This document shows, piece after piece, positions 7,694 through 15,831 of a stretch of DNA of 25,037 nt. Every line of letters starts with the position of its first letter. Position 1 is the stretch's first letter. The position numbers were made by a program, and so were the translations under genes. This DNA comes from Candidatus Methylomirabilis sp. (GTDB lineage Bacteria > Methylomirabilota > Methylomirabilia > Methylomirabilales > Methylomirabilaceae), in contig JBGQJI010000026.1 in NCBI GenBank assembly GCA_041498975.1, positions 1 to 25,037 of the forward strand, written 5' to 3'. The notes under the pieces were generated by a model. It did no database searches, was not told the origin of the DNA, and was given only the letters and a program-made list of their open reading frames with translations.

Positions 7694-10345
7694 TCACATC
7701 GCGCCCTCCAGGACCAGCGCGGTTCTCGCCACACGCAACTTCGTTTCCAATCCATCGACATGACCGTTGAGGGTATCCTTCAGCAGACAAGCCATAATCA
7801 CCTGCGGTCGCACACTGCCGCCCTGTCCCGTTATCAGACGGAGACCCCACCGCAGCGCCCCACCGTCCTCTTGCAAGGTCAGCAGCTCCCGGATCTGCGG
7901 ACGGACATCGACTTCTACGAGCTTGTCCTTCCGCTGAACGCTCACTGGGATGCTGCGCCGGCTCAGCCACTCGTCGCAGACGGACGGGGAATTGAGTCTG
8001 GCTCTGATCTCCGGGGCCGACCCGTTCAGAGACAGCGAGACCTGATAGACGGCCTCCCGAACCGACGATGTCAGAGATGGGGCGGTCACTGCAACCTCCC
8101 ACGCGCGGAGTAACTGCAACTCTGAAGCCATATGCCGATTGACCCGTGCCACAAGCTCCTCAGGGGCTATCGCCAGGCTCAGCTCGATGTCCGCCAGCTC
8201 CTGCCATCCCTCGACGCCCACCGGAAGCGCCAGGGCAAACGAGAGTTTCGGCTGCGGGTTGTACCCTTGAGAGTAGGCGATCGGAACCTGCGCCCGTCGC
8301 AGTGCGCGGCTAACCGCCTTCATCACCTCGAGGTGTGAGAGGAACCGGAGATCGCCCGTCTTTTGGAAAACAAAGCGAATCCGCTGTACCGGAGCTTCGC
8401 TCCGGGTTTCGGGTTTGGGGTTTCGGGTTTCGGGTTCAGCGTTGCAGTTCTGCGTTTCGGGTTTGGGGTTTCGGGTTTCGGGTTTAAGGTTTGGGACTTG
8501 GCACTTGGAACTCGAAACTCCAAACTCGAAACTCGAAACTTTTATTCCCACCTTTTCGGCCCAGGTCGGCCAGTTGGGCATGCAGATCTCGCCGCAGGCC
8601 GAGCAAGGAGCCACGTGGCAGTCTGGCGTCCCCCGGACCTCGAGCGCTTTCTTGTACTCCCGCTGCAAGAACTTCTTGCTGACCCCGATGTCGATGTGAT
8701 CCCAGGGAAGCGGCTCCTCCAAACCGCGGGTCCGATTCGCGATCGCGGCCGGATCGATCCCCGTCTCCTCGAACGCCCGCATCCACCGGTCGAATTTGAG
8801 ATGTTCGGTCCAACCGTCGAACCGGCACCCCAGCTCATACCCCCGATGGATGGCTCGGCCCAGGGAGCGGTCACCCAGGGAGAAGACCGCCTCCAGGAAG
8901 GACGACTGGACATCGTGCCACTTGTACGACACGTTCACCTCTCGCAGCTTTCGTCTCAGGTAGTGTTGCTTCTCCTTGAGAAGGGCCATCGGCTCCTGGG
9001 CGAACCACTGAAACGGCGTGTGCGGCTTGGGAACGAACGAGGACGTGCTGACAGTCAGGCCGAAGCCCCTGACCGCCTCCGCTCGCGCGATGCGCGCCGA
9101 TTCACGCGCGACCCGGACCATCTCGTCCAGATCCTCCTGCGTCTCGGTCGGCAGCCCGATCATGAAGTAGAATTTCACCGACTCCCACCCCGACCTGGCG
9201 GCGTTCCTGACCGCGGTGAAGATCTGCTCCTCGTCAAACCCCTCTTTGTTGATCACCTTTCGAAGCCGTTTGCTCCCGGCCTCGGGCGCGATGGTAAAGC
9301 CGGTCTTCCGGACCCGGCCGATCTCGTCAGCGACCTGCGGGTACCGGTTCAACGCCTCAACGCGGAGCGAGGGGAGCGACAGCGAGATCTTCTCTGGCAG
9401 CAGCTCGTCCATCAAGGGGCGGACCAGGTCGGGAAGGACCGTCAGGTCGGCGATACTCAACGAGGCGAGCGAGACCTCTTCGTACCCCGTCCCCCGAATC
9501 GCCTGCCGGGTCATCTGCCGGATCTCCTCGGCCGATCGCTCCCGCAACGGGCGGTAGAGGTAGCCAGCCTGGCAGAAGCGACATCCCTGCGTGCAGCCCC
9601 GCATCACCTCGATATTGGCCCGGTCGTGGACGATCTCCATGAACGGGACCGGGAAGGCGCCGTAGTCGATCCCGCCGAGCAGGATCGCCGTCCGCTTGCG
9701 GATCGTCTCGCCACGGTGTCGCGCCGGGACATAGCAGCCCTGGATCTTCGTCCAGGCCTCAAGCAGCTCTTCGCGCCGGCCGCCGGATTCCTTCCATCGC
9801 ACGAATGCCTCACAGATCTCGAGGATCGCCTCCTCGGCATCACCGAGCAGGAAGAGGTCGATGAAATCGGCGATCGGCTCGGGATTGAAGGCGACGGGAC
9901 CACCCGCGATGACGAAGGGATCCCCTTCGCGCCGCTGCTCGCTCCTCAACGGGATGCCGGCCAAGTCCAGCATATTGAGGATGGTCGTGTAGGAGAGTTC
10001 GTACTGCAGCGTGAAGCCGATCAGGTCGAAATCGGCGAGGCTGTAGCCGGACTCCTGGCTGCACAGTGGAATTCCCCGGTCCCGAAGCAACTTTTCGGCA
10101 TCCACCCATGGCGCATAGACCCGCTCCGCCAGAAACTCAGGCCGCCGGTTCAGGATCTGATAGAGGATCTTCAGCCCCAAATGGGACATGCCGATTTCGT
10201 AGGTATCGGGAAACGCGAGGGCGATCCTGACCTTCGCGCGGGATGGGTCCTTCCTGATGGCGTTCCACTCCATCCCGATGTATCGGGACGGCTTACCGAC
10301 CAAAGGGAGGATCTCATCCACGATCGCTTGCCGATAGCTCTGCAT
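7694..10345 (-). CDS. TIGR03960-type B12-binding radical SAM protein fused to a TIGR03936/DUF2344-type C-terminal domain
   Basis: KPSRYIG.E.N, FPDTYEIGMSHLG, CTQGCRFC (CxxxCxxC), FVPKPHTPFQW; C-terminal LRFLSHLE...YSQGYNPQPK. Usual position upstream of rne/rng. Start set to ATG 10345 (GGAG RBS). Confidence 0.88.
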   Translation of the reverse strand: MQSYRQAIVDEILPLVGKPSRYIGMEWNAIRKDPSRAKVRIALAFPDTYEIGMSHLGLKILYQILNRRPEFLAERVYAPWVDAEKLLRDRGIPLCSQESGYSLADFDLIGFTLQYELSYTTILNMLDLAGIPLRSEQRREGDPFVIAGGPVAFNPEPIADFIDLFLLGDAEEAILEICEAFVRWKESGGRREELLEAWTKIQGCYVPARHRGETIRKRTAILLGGIDYGAFPVPFMEIVHDRANIEVMRGCTQGCRFCQAGYLYRPLRERSAEEIRQMTRQAIRGTGYEEVSLASLSIADLTVLPDLVRPLMDELLPEKISLSLPSLRVEALNRYPQVADEIGRVRKTGFTIAPEAGSKRLRKVINKEGFDEEQIFTAVRNAARSGWESVKFYFMIGLPTETQEDLDEMVRVARESARIARAEAVRGFGLTVSTSSFVPKPHTPFQWFAQEPMALLKEKQHYLRRKLREVNVSYKWHDVQSSFLEAVFSLGDRSLGRAIHRGYELGCRFDGWTEHLKFDRWMRAFEETGIDPAAIANRTRGLEEPLPWDHIDIGVSKKFLQREYKKALEVRGTPDCHVAPCSACGEICMPNWPTWAEKVGIKVSSFEFGVSSSKCQVPNLKPETRNPKPETQNCNAEPETRNPKPETRSEAPVQRIRFVFQKTGDLRFLSHLEVMKAVSRALRRAQVPIAYSQGYNPQPKLSFALALPVGVEGWQELADIELSLAIAPEELVARVNRHMASELQLLRAWEVAVTAPSLTSSVREAVYQVSLSLNGSAPEIRARLNSPSVCDEWLSRRSIPVSVQRKDKLVEVDVRPQIRELLTLQEDGGALRWGLRLITGQGGSVRPQVIMACLLKDTLNGHVDGLETKLRVARTALVLEGAM
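8403..8541. repeat. Intragenic heptamer array with inverted arms, (GGGTTTC)x~10 / (AAACTCG)n
   Basis: Lies in-frame in the radical SAM gene and encodes VSSFEFGVSS...PETRNPKPET...PETRNPKPETR. Confidence 0.92.
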
Positions 10346-10580
10346 CGGGGACTCCGTATTCGCGGAAGGGCCACACAGCATCGGGCAGATCATACACCAT
10401 GGCCGACTGCAACGCAATCCCAACGCCCCTCAGCATAAGTGGCTCTCAGCCCGTATGAAACTCCGCTGGGAATCCCCTCCGGTGCGCTCAAGGGGGCAAT
10501 GGGGCGGACGATCACAGCAAGCCGGCAGGTCTCTAAGAGCTTGGTTGAAGAGGACGGGTCAGCGTCCGCTGAACCCGCGC

Positions 10581-11804
10581 CTACCGAGCGGATAACTCAG
10601 CGACACGCAGGTCGCTGAACACCGCTTCCATTCCTTTCATGTCGAGATACAGTCCGACGTTGCCCCTCACCTCTGAGGTATCCTCGTAGGAACCGACATA
10701 CTTTCCGTTGACGTAGCACTCGATGGTGCGGCCCCGGATCTCCACTGCGAGGCGGTTCGTCGCGCCGTAACCCTGCTTGACAATGGGGTCGCTGGTCCAG
10801 TCAATCGGATAGATCCAGCTTCCATTCCGTTTCGCCAGCCTGTACGCCCCATTCGCGGACACCGCAAATGTGTAGAAGCGCTCACCCTTGGCCGGGCGGC
10901 CGAACTTCAGCCCAACAGCGCCCGCCTGATCGCCCTTTCGGAGTCGCACCGATACCTCGATCTGGACCCGGTCATGAAGATAGCCCACCTTTAAGAGGTT
11001 GAACTCGCACGTGCCCCGCGGCGCCACGTTTTCAACGCTCAGACCCCCTTCGCTGTACGCCGCTTTGCACGCCCCGCTGGTTCCCTCTTCCCAGTTTCGC
11101 CGCGATCGGAAATCGTCTTCGAAAAGCACCTTTCCTGATCTGGTGGCCTCCCTGGTGATGGCCTTGTCTGCCGGCGCGGCGGGGGGTTGTCCGTTGACGC
11201 GGGTCCAGCGGGAGGTGCCCCACGGACCTGTCGTCTCGATCGAGTGAGAACCAAGAATCCGATAGGTCCCCCCCTCGACCTGATGCGCCATTGTGGTCCA
11301 AGTCCATTGACCGCCCTTCGCTTGGAACCGACCCTTCTCTGACCGCCGACCGTCCGGCGATGACACGCTCAGCCAGTAGTCGCCGGCCGCGCTGATCCCC
11401 CAGAGGAGGTCCGACGTCACGCCCTTGGCCGGGTCGGTGATGCTGGTCCTCCAAGTCCCGACCAGCACAGGATCTACGGTGGCCGGGCCAGACTCGCGCG
11501 CCATTCGGCTCCGGTCGGCGACCGCACGATTGCGATCATTCGCTAGCGGTACGCTCGACGGGTCGATGGCAAATGAGCGGCGCGCCCCCTCCAGATCGCT
11601 CCGCAACCATGGGCCCTTCTTCTCGAGCAGGCCAAGGTCGAAGCGAATGTCGGCACCACTCTGTCCCGGCAGCGGCAGCAATGCCCCAAAGGTCCTGCCA
11701 TGGTCGACCCGTTCGAAGGCAGGCGCCCTCCCCCAAAAGTTCCCGGACCTCGGAGCCACCAGCGCAAGGAGGAAGGTTACACCAACAACCAGGTTCGCAA
11801 TCAT
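10581..11804 (-). CDS. Exported hypothetical protein with a beta-rich middle domain and a C-terminal DUF1080/concanavalin-like domain
   Basis: Hydrophobic N-terminus; LVGTWRTS strand motif; VLFEDDF...NRLAVEIRG..I..YVNGK.V...GNVGL...FSDLRV pattern. Confidence 0.7.
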   Translation of the reverse strand: MIANLVVGVTFLLALVAPRSGNFWGRAPAFERVDHGRTFGALLPLPGQSGADIRFDLGLLEKKGPWLRSDLEGARRSFAIDPSSVPLANDRNRAVADRSRMARESGPATVDPVLVGTWRTSITDPAKGVTSDLLWGISAAGDYWLSVSSPDGRRSEKGRFQAKGGQWTWTTMAHQVEGGTYRILGSHSIETTGPWGTSRWTRVNGQPPAAPADKAITREATRSGKVLFEDDFRSRRNWEEGTSGACKAAYSEGGLSVENVAPRGTCEFNLLKVGYLHDRVQIEVSVRLRKGDQAGAVGLKFGRPAKGERFYTFAVSANGAYRLAKRNGSWIYPIDWTSDPIVKQGYGATNRLAVEIRGRTIECYVNGKYVGSYEDTSEVRGNVGLYLDMKGMEAVFSDLRVAELSAR

Positions 11805-11976
11805 CGGACCCTCCGTGTCAGCTCCCGACGCCTCGAAATCCCAACCCTCGGGTCAGGCCAGTCGTGTCCACCGGTTACGCGATCGCCGCTCATCCCTCCG
11901 CTGTACCCAGCCATAGACTTTTCACGTCCCACCGCCGAAAGGCCGGGCAGACCAGGGGGCGCGGCATATCGGCGGA

Positions 11977-12063
11977 ATCACCACTCTTCCCTGGACAGTC
12001 CCGCGGCCACTGGCGCCAAGCCTTTCAACAATCGCCACCTTTATCCCAGGACAGTCCCGCAGC
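11977..12063. repeat. Imperfect ~32-bp direct repeat with a palindromic GGACnGTCC core
   Basis: ATCACCACTCTTCCCTGGACAGTCCCGCGGC versus ATCGCCACCTTTATCCCAGGACAGTCCCGCAGC; cores start at 11993 and 12049. Confidence 0.6.
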
Positions 12064-12129
12064 TTCCTGCAGATCGTACACCAAGGTGGGCCTGGAGGCA
12101 ATTCTTTAGCGGTTCCGCCCTGATTCGAC

Positions 12130-12159
12130 TTGACAGGCATTGAGGCTTTCTGCTATACA
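12130..12159 (+). promoter_or_regulatory. Sigma70-type promoter upstream of riboswitch 1
   Basis: TTGACA (12130-12135), 18-nt spacer, extended -10 TGcTATACA; the predicted start site falls just before the aptamer. Confidence 0.65.
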
Positions 12160-12169
12160 GGCTGGTAGA

Positions 12170-12235
12170 TAGAGGCGATGGAGTTCGTCGCGTAAACTAT
12201 CCCGACGTGATACTCGGGATTGATAACTCCTACTG
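12170..12235 (+). ncRNA. Fluoride riboswitch (crcB motif) 1
   Basis: GGCGATGGAGTTCGTC-gcgTAAACt-ATCCCGA/TCGGGAT-TGATAACTCCTAC. P1 GGCG/CGTC, P2 of 7 bp, pseudoknot GGAGTT(12180-85)/AACTCC(12225-30). Fits the known consensus. Confidence 0.93.
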
Positions 12236-12266
12236 AAGCGTTCCTTTGGTAGGAGTTTTTGTTTTT
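12225..12266 (+). terminator. Riboswitch 1 expression-platform terminator
   Basis: 14-bp stem AACTCCTACTGAAG/CTTTGGTAGGAGTT (2 G-U pairs), 5-nt loop, then TTTGTTTTT; its 5' arm is the pseudoknot strand. Confidence 0.9.
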
Positions 12267-12282
12267 CGAGGGGTTGGTCAGA

Positions 12283-13191
12283 ATGGATGGCGGTGCCAAG
12301 GCAGCTCGTTCCAAATCCGTGAGCTACTTCGAGCTGCTGGACGCGTTCAAGGAGGAAGGCTGCCCGGTCTGCCGACTCCTGCTCAAGTGGAGTCGCTTAT
12401 ACCTAGACTCGCTCTTTTACGAATACGTCAATGACGTCGGGGTCCGCAGCCGCCTTCGTGATTCTCATGGCTTCTGCAACTGGCACACCTGGATGGCTGC
12501 CAGCATTGACAACAGCCAGTCGGGGATCGCCATCATCTACGAACACCTGCTCAAGGATCAAATTGAGAGGTTTCAGGACGCACTGAGGTTCATCAAGCCT
12601 AGGTATTGGTGGGGGCGACTCAGGGGAAAGTGGTTCCGAGTCAAGGGCAAGCCACCGATTTTCGCTCAACGGAATCAAAGATCACCATGCCCGGCATGCG
12701 AGCGCCTGGATCAGTTCTTTGAACCTGACCTGACCGACACGCTCCTGTCCTCTTTGGCCGACCCGGAGTTCGCCGACGGCTTCGTCGTTTCCTTCGGCCT
12801 CTGCCTGCCTCACCTCTACAACACCATGGTCACAGGCCAAGAGCATCCCAATCTTCCCCTTCTCATGGAGCTTCAACTGAAGAAATTGGGAACGCTTCGC
12901 GGTGAACTCGGTGAATACATCCGGAAATTAGATTACCGGTTCATGGCCGAACCGCGCGGAGAAGAGGCCACTTCCTGGCGACGCGTCATGGAGCTATTCG
13001 TCGGCAAGCCAGAGGTTTTTGGCTCGGACCGCCGGACGTGGGACACGACAGCGGGCCGACAGCCAACGCCATCATCCACAACGCCCCTCCAAGGTCAGGG
13101 TCTGGGACCGGCCAAGAGGAAGGGGGAAAAGGCTGAACAGTTCCGCAAGGACCTTCTGCCCCCGCGCAAAGGGATGTGGGAGGGTTCTTGA
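12283..13191 (+). CDS. DUF6062-like protein 1
   Basis: CPVC...YEYVND..VR..LR.S.GFCNWH, CPAC...GLCLPH, EL.EYIRKLDYRF..EP.GEE..SW.R. ATG 12283 follows GAGGGG; the track's TTG start lies inside the terminator tail. Confidence 0.8.
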   Translation: MDGGAKAARSKSVSYFELLDAFKEEGCPVCRLLLKWSRLYLDSLFYEYVNDVGVRSRLRDSHGFCNWHTWMAASIDNSQSGIAIIYEHLLKDQIERFQDALRFIKPRYWWGRLRGKWFRVKGKPPIFAQRNQRSPCPACERLDQFFEPDLTDTLLSSLADPEFADGFVVSFGLCLPHLYNTMVTGQEHPNLPLLMELQLKKLGTLRGELGEYIRKLDYRFMAEPRGEEATSWRRVMELFVGKPEVFGSDRRTWDTTAGRQPTPSSTTPLQGQGLGPAKRKGEKAEQFRKDLLPPRKGMWEGS

Positions 13192-13227
13192 AAGTGCCTT
13201 CCTTCACACCGACAACAAGGAGCTCCT

Positions 13228-14409
13228 GTGGAGAACGCATGGATTGGAATGGTGATGGGCCTGCTGATCCTTCTGGCAAGCATGGCCTCGGTGGAACTGG
13301 GGATCTCGGTCGCCCTGATCGAGATCGGTTTTGGCATCGTCGCCGGGAACTTTTTGGGTCTGCACTCCACCCCATGGATCGACTTTCTGGCCAGCTTCGC
13401 CAGCATCGTGCTGACCTTCCTGGCCGGCGCCGAGGTCGATCCCGACCTCATGCGGGAGAAGCTGAAAGAAAGCGCCCTTATCGGTGGACTCTCCTTCCTT
13501 CTGCCGTTCTTTGGAACGTGGGCCTTTTGCTACCTCGTTGTGGGCTGGACCAAGGCGGCATCGCAAATCGCTGGCACCGCACTTTCGACCACCTCGCTCG
13601 CCGTGGTCTATGCCGTGCTGGTCGAGACGGGACTCACCAACGCGCCGATTGGCAAACTGATCATGGCATCAACGTTCGTAACAGACTTTGGAACCGCGCT
13701 CGCCTTGAGCCTCCTGTTCATCCGGCCTACCTGGTGGATCGTCCCATTCATCCTAGTCTCTGCAGCGTTGATCGTCATCATGCCCCGAATGAAACCCTGG
13801 TTCTTTTCGCGCTACGGCAAACGAGTCATCGAGCCCGAAATTAAAGGCGCCTTTGCCGCGCTTCTTGTCTTGATGTACTTCGCTCATCTGGCTGAAAGCC
13901 ATGCTGTCCTGCCGGCCTTCATCCTCGGCCTGGCGGTCGCGAAGATTTTTCACAGCCACAGAGAGGAACAACGGCGCTTCCGAATCGTGACCTTTGCCAT
14001 GCTGACGCCGTTCTTTTTTACCAAGTCCGGGATGAACGTGTCATTGGGTCTCGTGTGGGCCAACACCGGGCTACTGCTGATGCTACTTGCAGTGAAGCAA
14101 ATCACGAAGTTCATCGGCGTTTACCCGTTTGCGAAACGTTATGTCGCGGAACACGCGATGTACACCACCCTCCTGATGAGCACGGGCCTAACCTTTGGCA
14201 CCATCGCTTCGCTTTTCGGGCTGAACGCCGGCATCCTCACCAAAGCACAGTTCTCAGTTCTGGTCACGGTCGTCATCCTGAGCGCCATTATTCCCACAAT
14301 GATTGCCCAGCGCTATTTCGATCCCAGACGTCCCCTCAAACGGGCCGAGGAAGCGCCAAGGGCTGCTATGATTAGGCCCCCTCAACTGCTCGAGGAAAAA
14401 GGGGCGTAA
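13228..14409 (+). CDS. Cation:proton antiporter (CPA2 / Na_H_Exchanger family)
   Basis: About 12-13 hydrophobic segments; FLAGAEVD, LSTTSLAVV, FVTD, PFFF..SGM motifs; AAGGAG RBS with GTG start. Confidence 0.88.
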   Translation: MENAWIGMVMGLLILLASMASVELGISVALIEIGFGIVAGNFLGLHSTPWIDFLASFASIVLTFLAGAEVDPDLMREKLKESALIGGLSFLLPFFGTWAFCYLVVGWTKAASQIAGTALSTTSLAVVYAVLVETGLTNAPIGKLIMASTFVTDFGTALALSLLFIRPTWWIVPFILVSAALIVIMPRMKPWFFSRYGKRVIEPEIKGAFAALLVLMYFAHLAESHAVLPAFILGLAVAKIFHSHREEQRRFRIVTFAMLTPFFFTKSGMNVSLGLVWANTGLLLMLLAVKQITKFIGVYPFAKRYVAEHAMYTTLLMSTGLTFGTIASLFGLNAGILTKAQFSVLVTVVILSAIIPTMIAQRYFDPRRPLKRAEEAPRAAMIRPPQLLEEKGA

Positions 14410-14832
14410 ATGTACCAGAGGATCCTCGTCGCCTACGACGGCTCCGAGGGCTCGAAGAAGGCCCTTCGAGCCGGCATTAAGCTGGCCAAGCTGCTGGAGG
14501 TGGACTTGTATTCGATTTCTGTAGCGGAGGGGCTTCCCTACTTTGCCGCGACCGTGGGCGAGGTCGAAGAGGTCAAGGACGACGTCGAGGCGTTTTTCAA
14601 GAAGATCACCAAGGAGGCCTGGGACGAGGCAGCGCTTCAGGGCGTGAACCTCCACACAACGGTCCTCCCCGGCCACGAGGTGGAGACCATCATCACCTTC
14701 GCGAAGGAAGGCCGGTTTGATCTATTGATCGTCGGATTCGTGGGTCATTCCAATGTGTTCGGGCGCATTATGGGAGGCACCACCCAAAACCTGAGCCGAC
14801 TGTCTCCCTGCACGGTGATGATCGTCAAATAG
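14410..14832 (+). CDS. Universal stress protein (UspA family)
   Basis: MYQRILVAYDGSEGS..AL, DLLIVG..G......IMGGTT..L....PCTVMIVK; starts immediately after the antiporter stop. Confidence 0.93.
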   Translation: MYQRILVAYDGSEGSKKALRAGIKLAKLLEVDLYSISVAEGLPYFAATVGEVEEVKDDVEAFFKKITKEAWDEAALQGVNLHTTVLPGHEVETIITFAKEGRFDLLIVGFVGHSNVFGRIMGGTTQNLSRLSPCTVMIVK

Positions 14833-14886
14833 AACCGATCCAGGGAACACCTCATGCTGATGTGGGTGAAGAATGAGGGGAGATAG

Positions 14887-15234
14887 ATGCCAATTGATAG
14901 GCCATGGCTGCTATTTTCCGAGATTGCTATCAATCTTGAGCAAGACGAATCGGGTGTCTACGAGTTAGGGAACAGGACTGGCAGTGTCATATACCTAGGG
15001 AGTTCAAGCAGAGTGCGCCAACGGCTGAAAGAACACCTGAATGCTTGGAGCACGACGTGTCTCAAAAAGCACACAGCGAAGTACCGGGTAGAATACACGT
15101 CAAAGTTCAAGGCTAGAGAATGGGAGTTATATGACCAGCACGTGAGGTCACATAGCAAACCTCCTAGATGTAATGCCGCGCGCGAATTTCCGTCCTCCAG
15201 ACTTTCTGAAGCTGAAATCAAATCAGGACACTAG
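14887..15234 (+). CDS. Stand-alone GIY-YIG nuclease-like protein
   Basis: GVY-x10-YLG, then VRQRLKEH and a downstream ARE.EL helix. Confidence 0.7.
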   Translation: MPIDRPWLLFSEIAINLEQDESGVYELGNRTGSVIYLGSSSRVRQRLKEHLNAWSTTCLKKHTAKYRVEYTSKFKAREWELYDQHVRSHSKPPRCNAAREFPSSRLSEAEIKSGH

Positions 15235-15248
15235 CCGATTAAGACATC

Positions 15249-15800
15249 ATGGAAACCTCGCAGCAAGCCCGGGCCGTGGCGATCACGCTGCAGCCCTGTA
15301 TCTATCGGGCCGAACGTCCCTCTCAAAGTGCTGACGGCGGTTCCGGAGGAGTCGCTCTGACCTGCAAGGCCATGGGAGGGAAGAGCCTCGGCCGAAAAGG
15401 CCAGGACGATGTCCGGATCGCCGAGATCTGTAACCCTTGTACCATCCCTCAGGAGGCCGCGTTCCGGCCTTGCCTTTTCCTGGTCCCGATCAAAGTAGAA
15501 CGGAAACGGGTTCTCAAAGACTACTTTACTTGCCGCTGGTTGTACCGGCTTCGTCCCGACCGACCGGATGAGAAGACCCGATACATGTGCGCCGGCTGCC
15601 CTTTCTGGTTCCCAATGCCACCGGTCTCGCTGGTCCGCGACTTGGAGCAGGCTGCGAAGAAGATGATCGACTACCATGCACAAATCTGGGAGAACCCTCC
15701 GCCCCCGCCACCCAAGCTCATCTGGATTCAGAGGCCGCCGGCACCGAGAACGCTATGGCAACGGACACGCGATTCGCTGATTCGGTGGTGGGGATGGTGA
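15249..15800 (+). CDS. Hypothetical Cys-rich protein (8 Cys)
   Basis: Co-oriented with short gaps to both neighbours; two C..C..CxxC modules and a Pro-rich then Trp-rich C-terminus. Confidence 0.65.
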   Translation: METSQQARAVAITLQPCIYRAERPSQSADGGSGGVALTCKAMGGKSLGRKGQDDVRIAEICNPCTIPQEAAFRPCLFLVPIKVERKRVLKDYFTCRWLYRLRPDRPDEKTRYMCAGCPFWFPMPPVSLVRDLEQAAKKMIDYHAQIWENPPPPPPKLIWIQRPPAPRTLWQRTRDSLIRWWGW

Positions 15801-15831
15801 CCCACCGGGAAAGCGAGAGGGAGTGGGAGGT

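Noticed and set aside
1240..8541. Repeat arrays as CRISPR
   Set aside because: Units are 7-nt tandem repeats without unique spacers, and no cas genes are present.
8363..10438. 691-aa plus-strand ORF
   Set aside because: Antisense shadow of the radical SAM gene; no motifs, and its N-terminus is translated repeat.
10556..10578. Hairpin CGGGTCAGCG-TC-CGCTGAACCCG just after the exported-protein stop
   Set aside because: No U-tract on either strand, so it is not called as a terminator.
11805..12130. Mobile-element boundary for the accessory cluster
   Set aside because: No integrase, transposase, tRNA target or terminal repeats are seen in the window, so horizontal acquisition is unproven.
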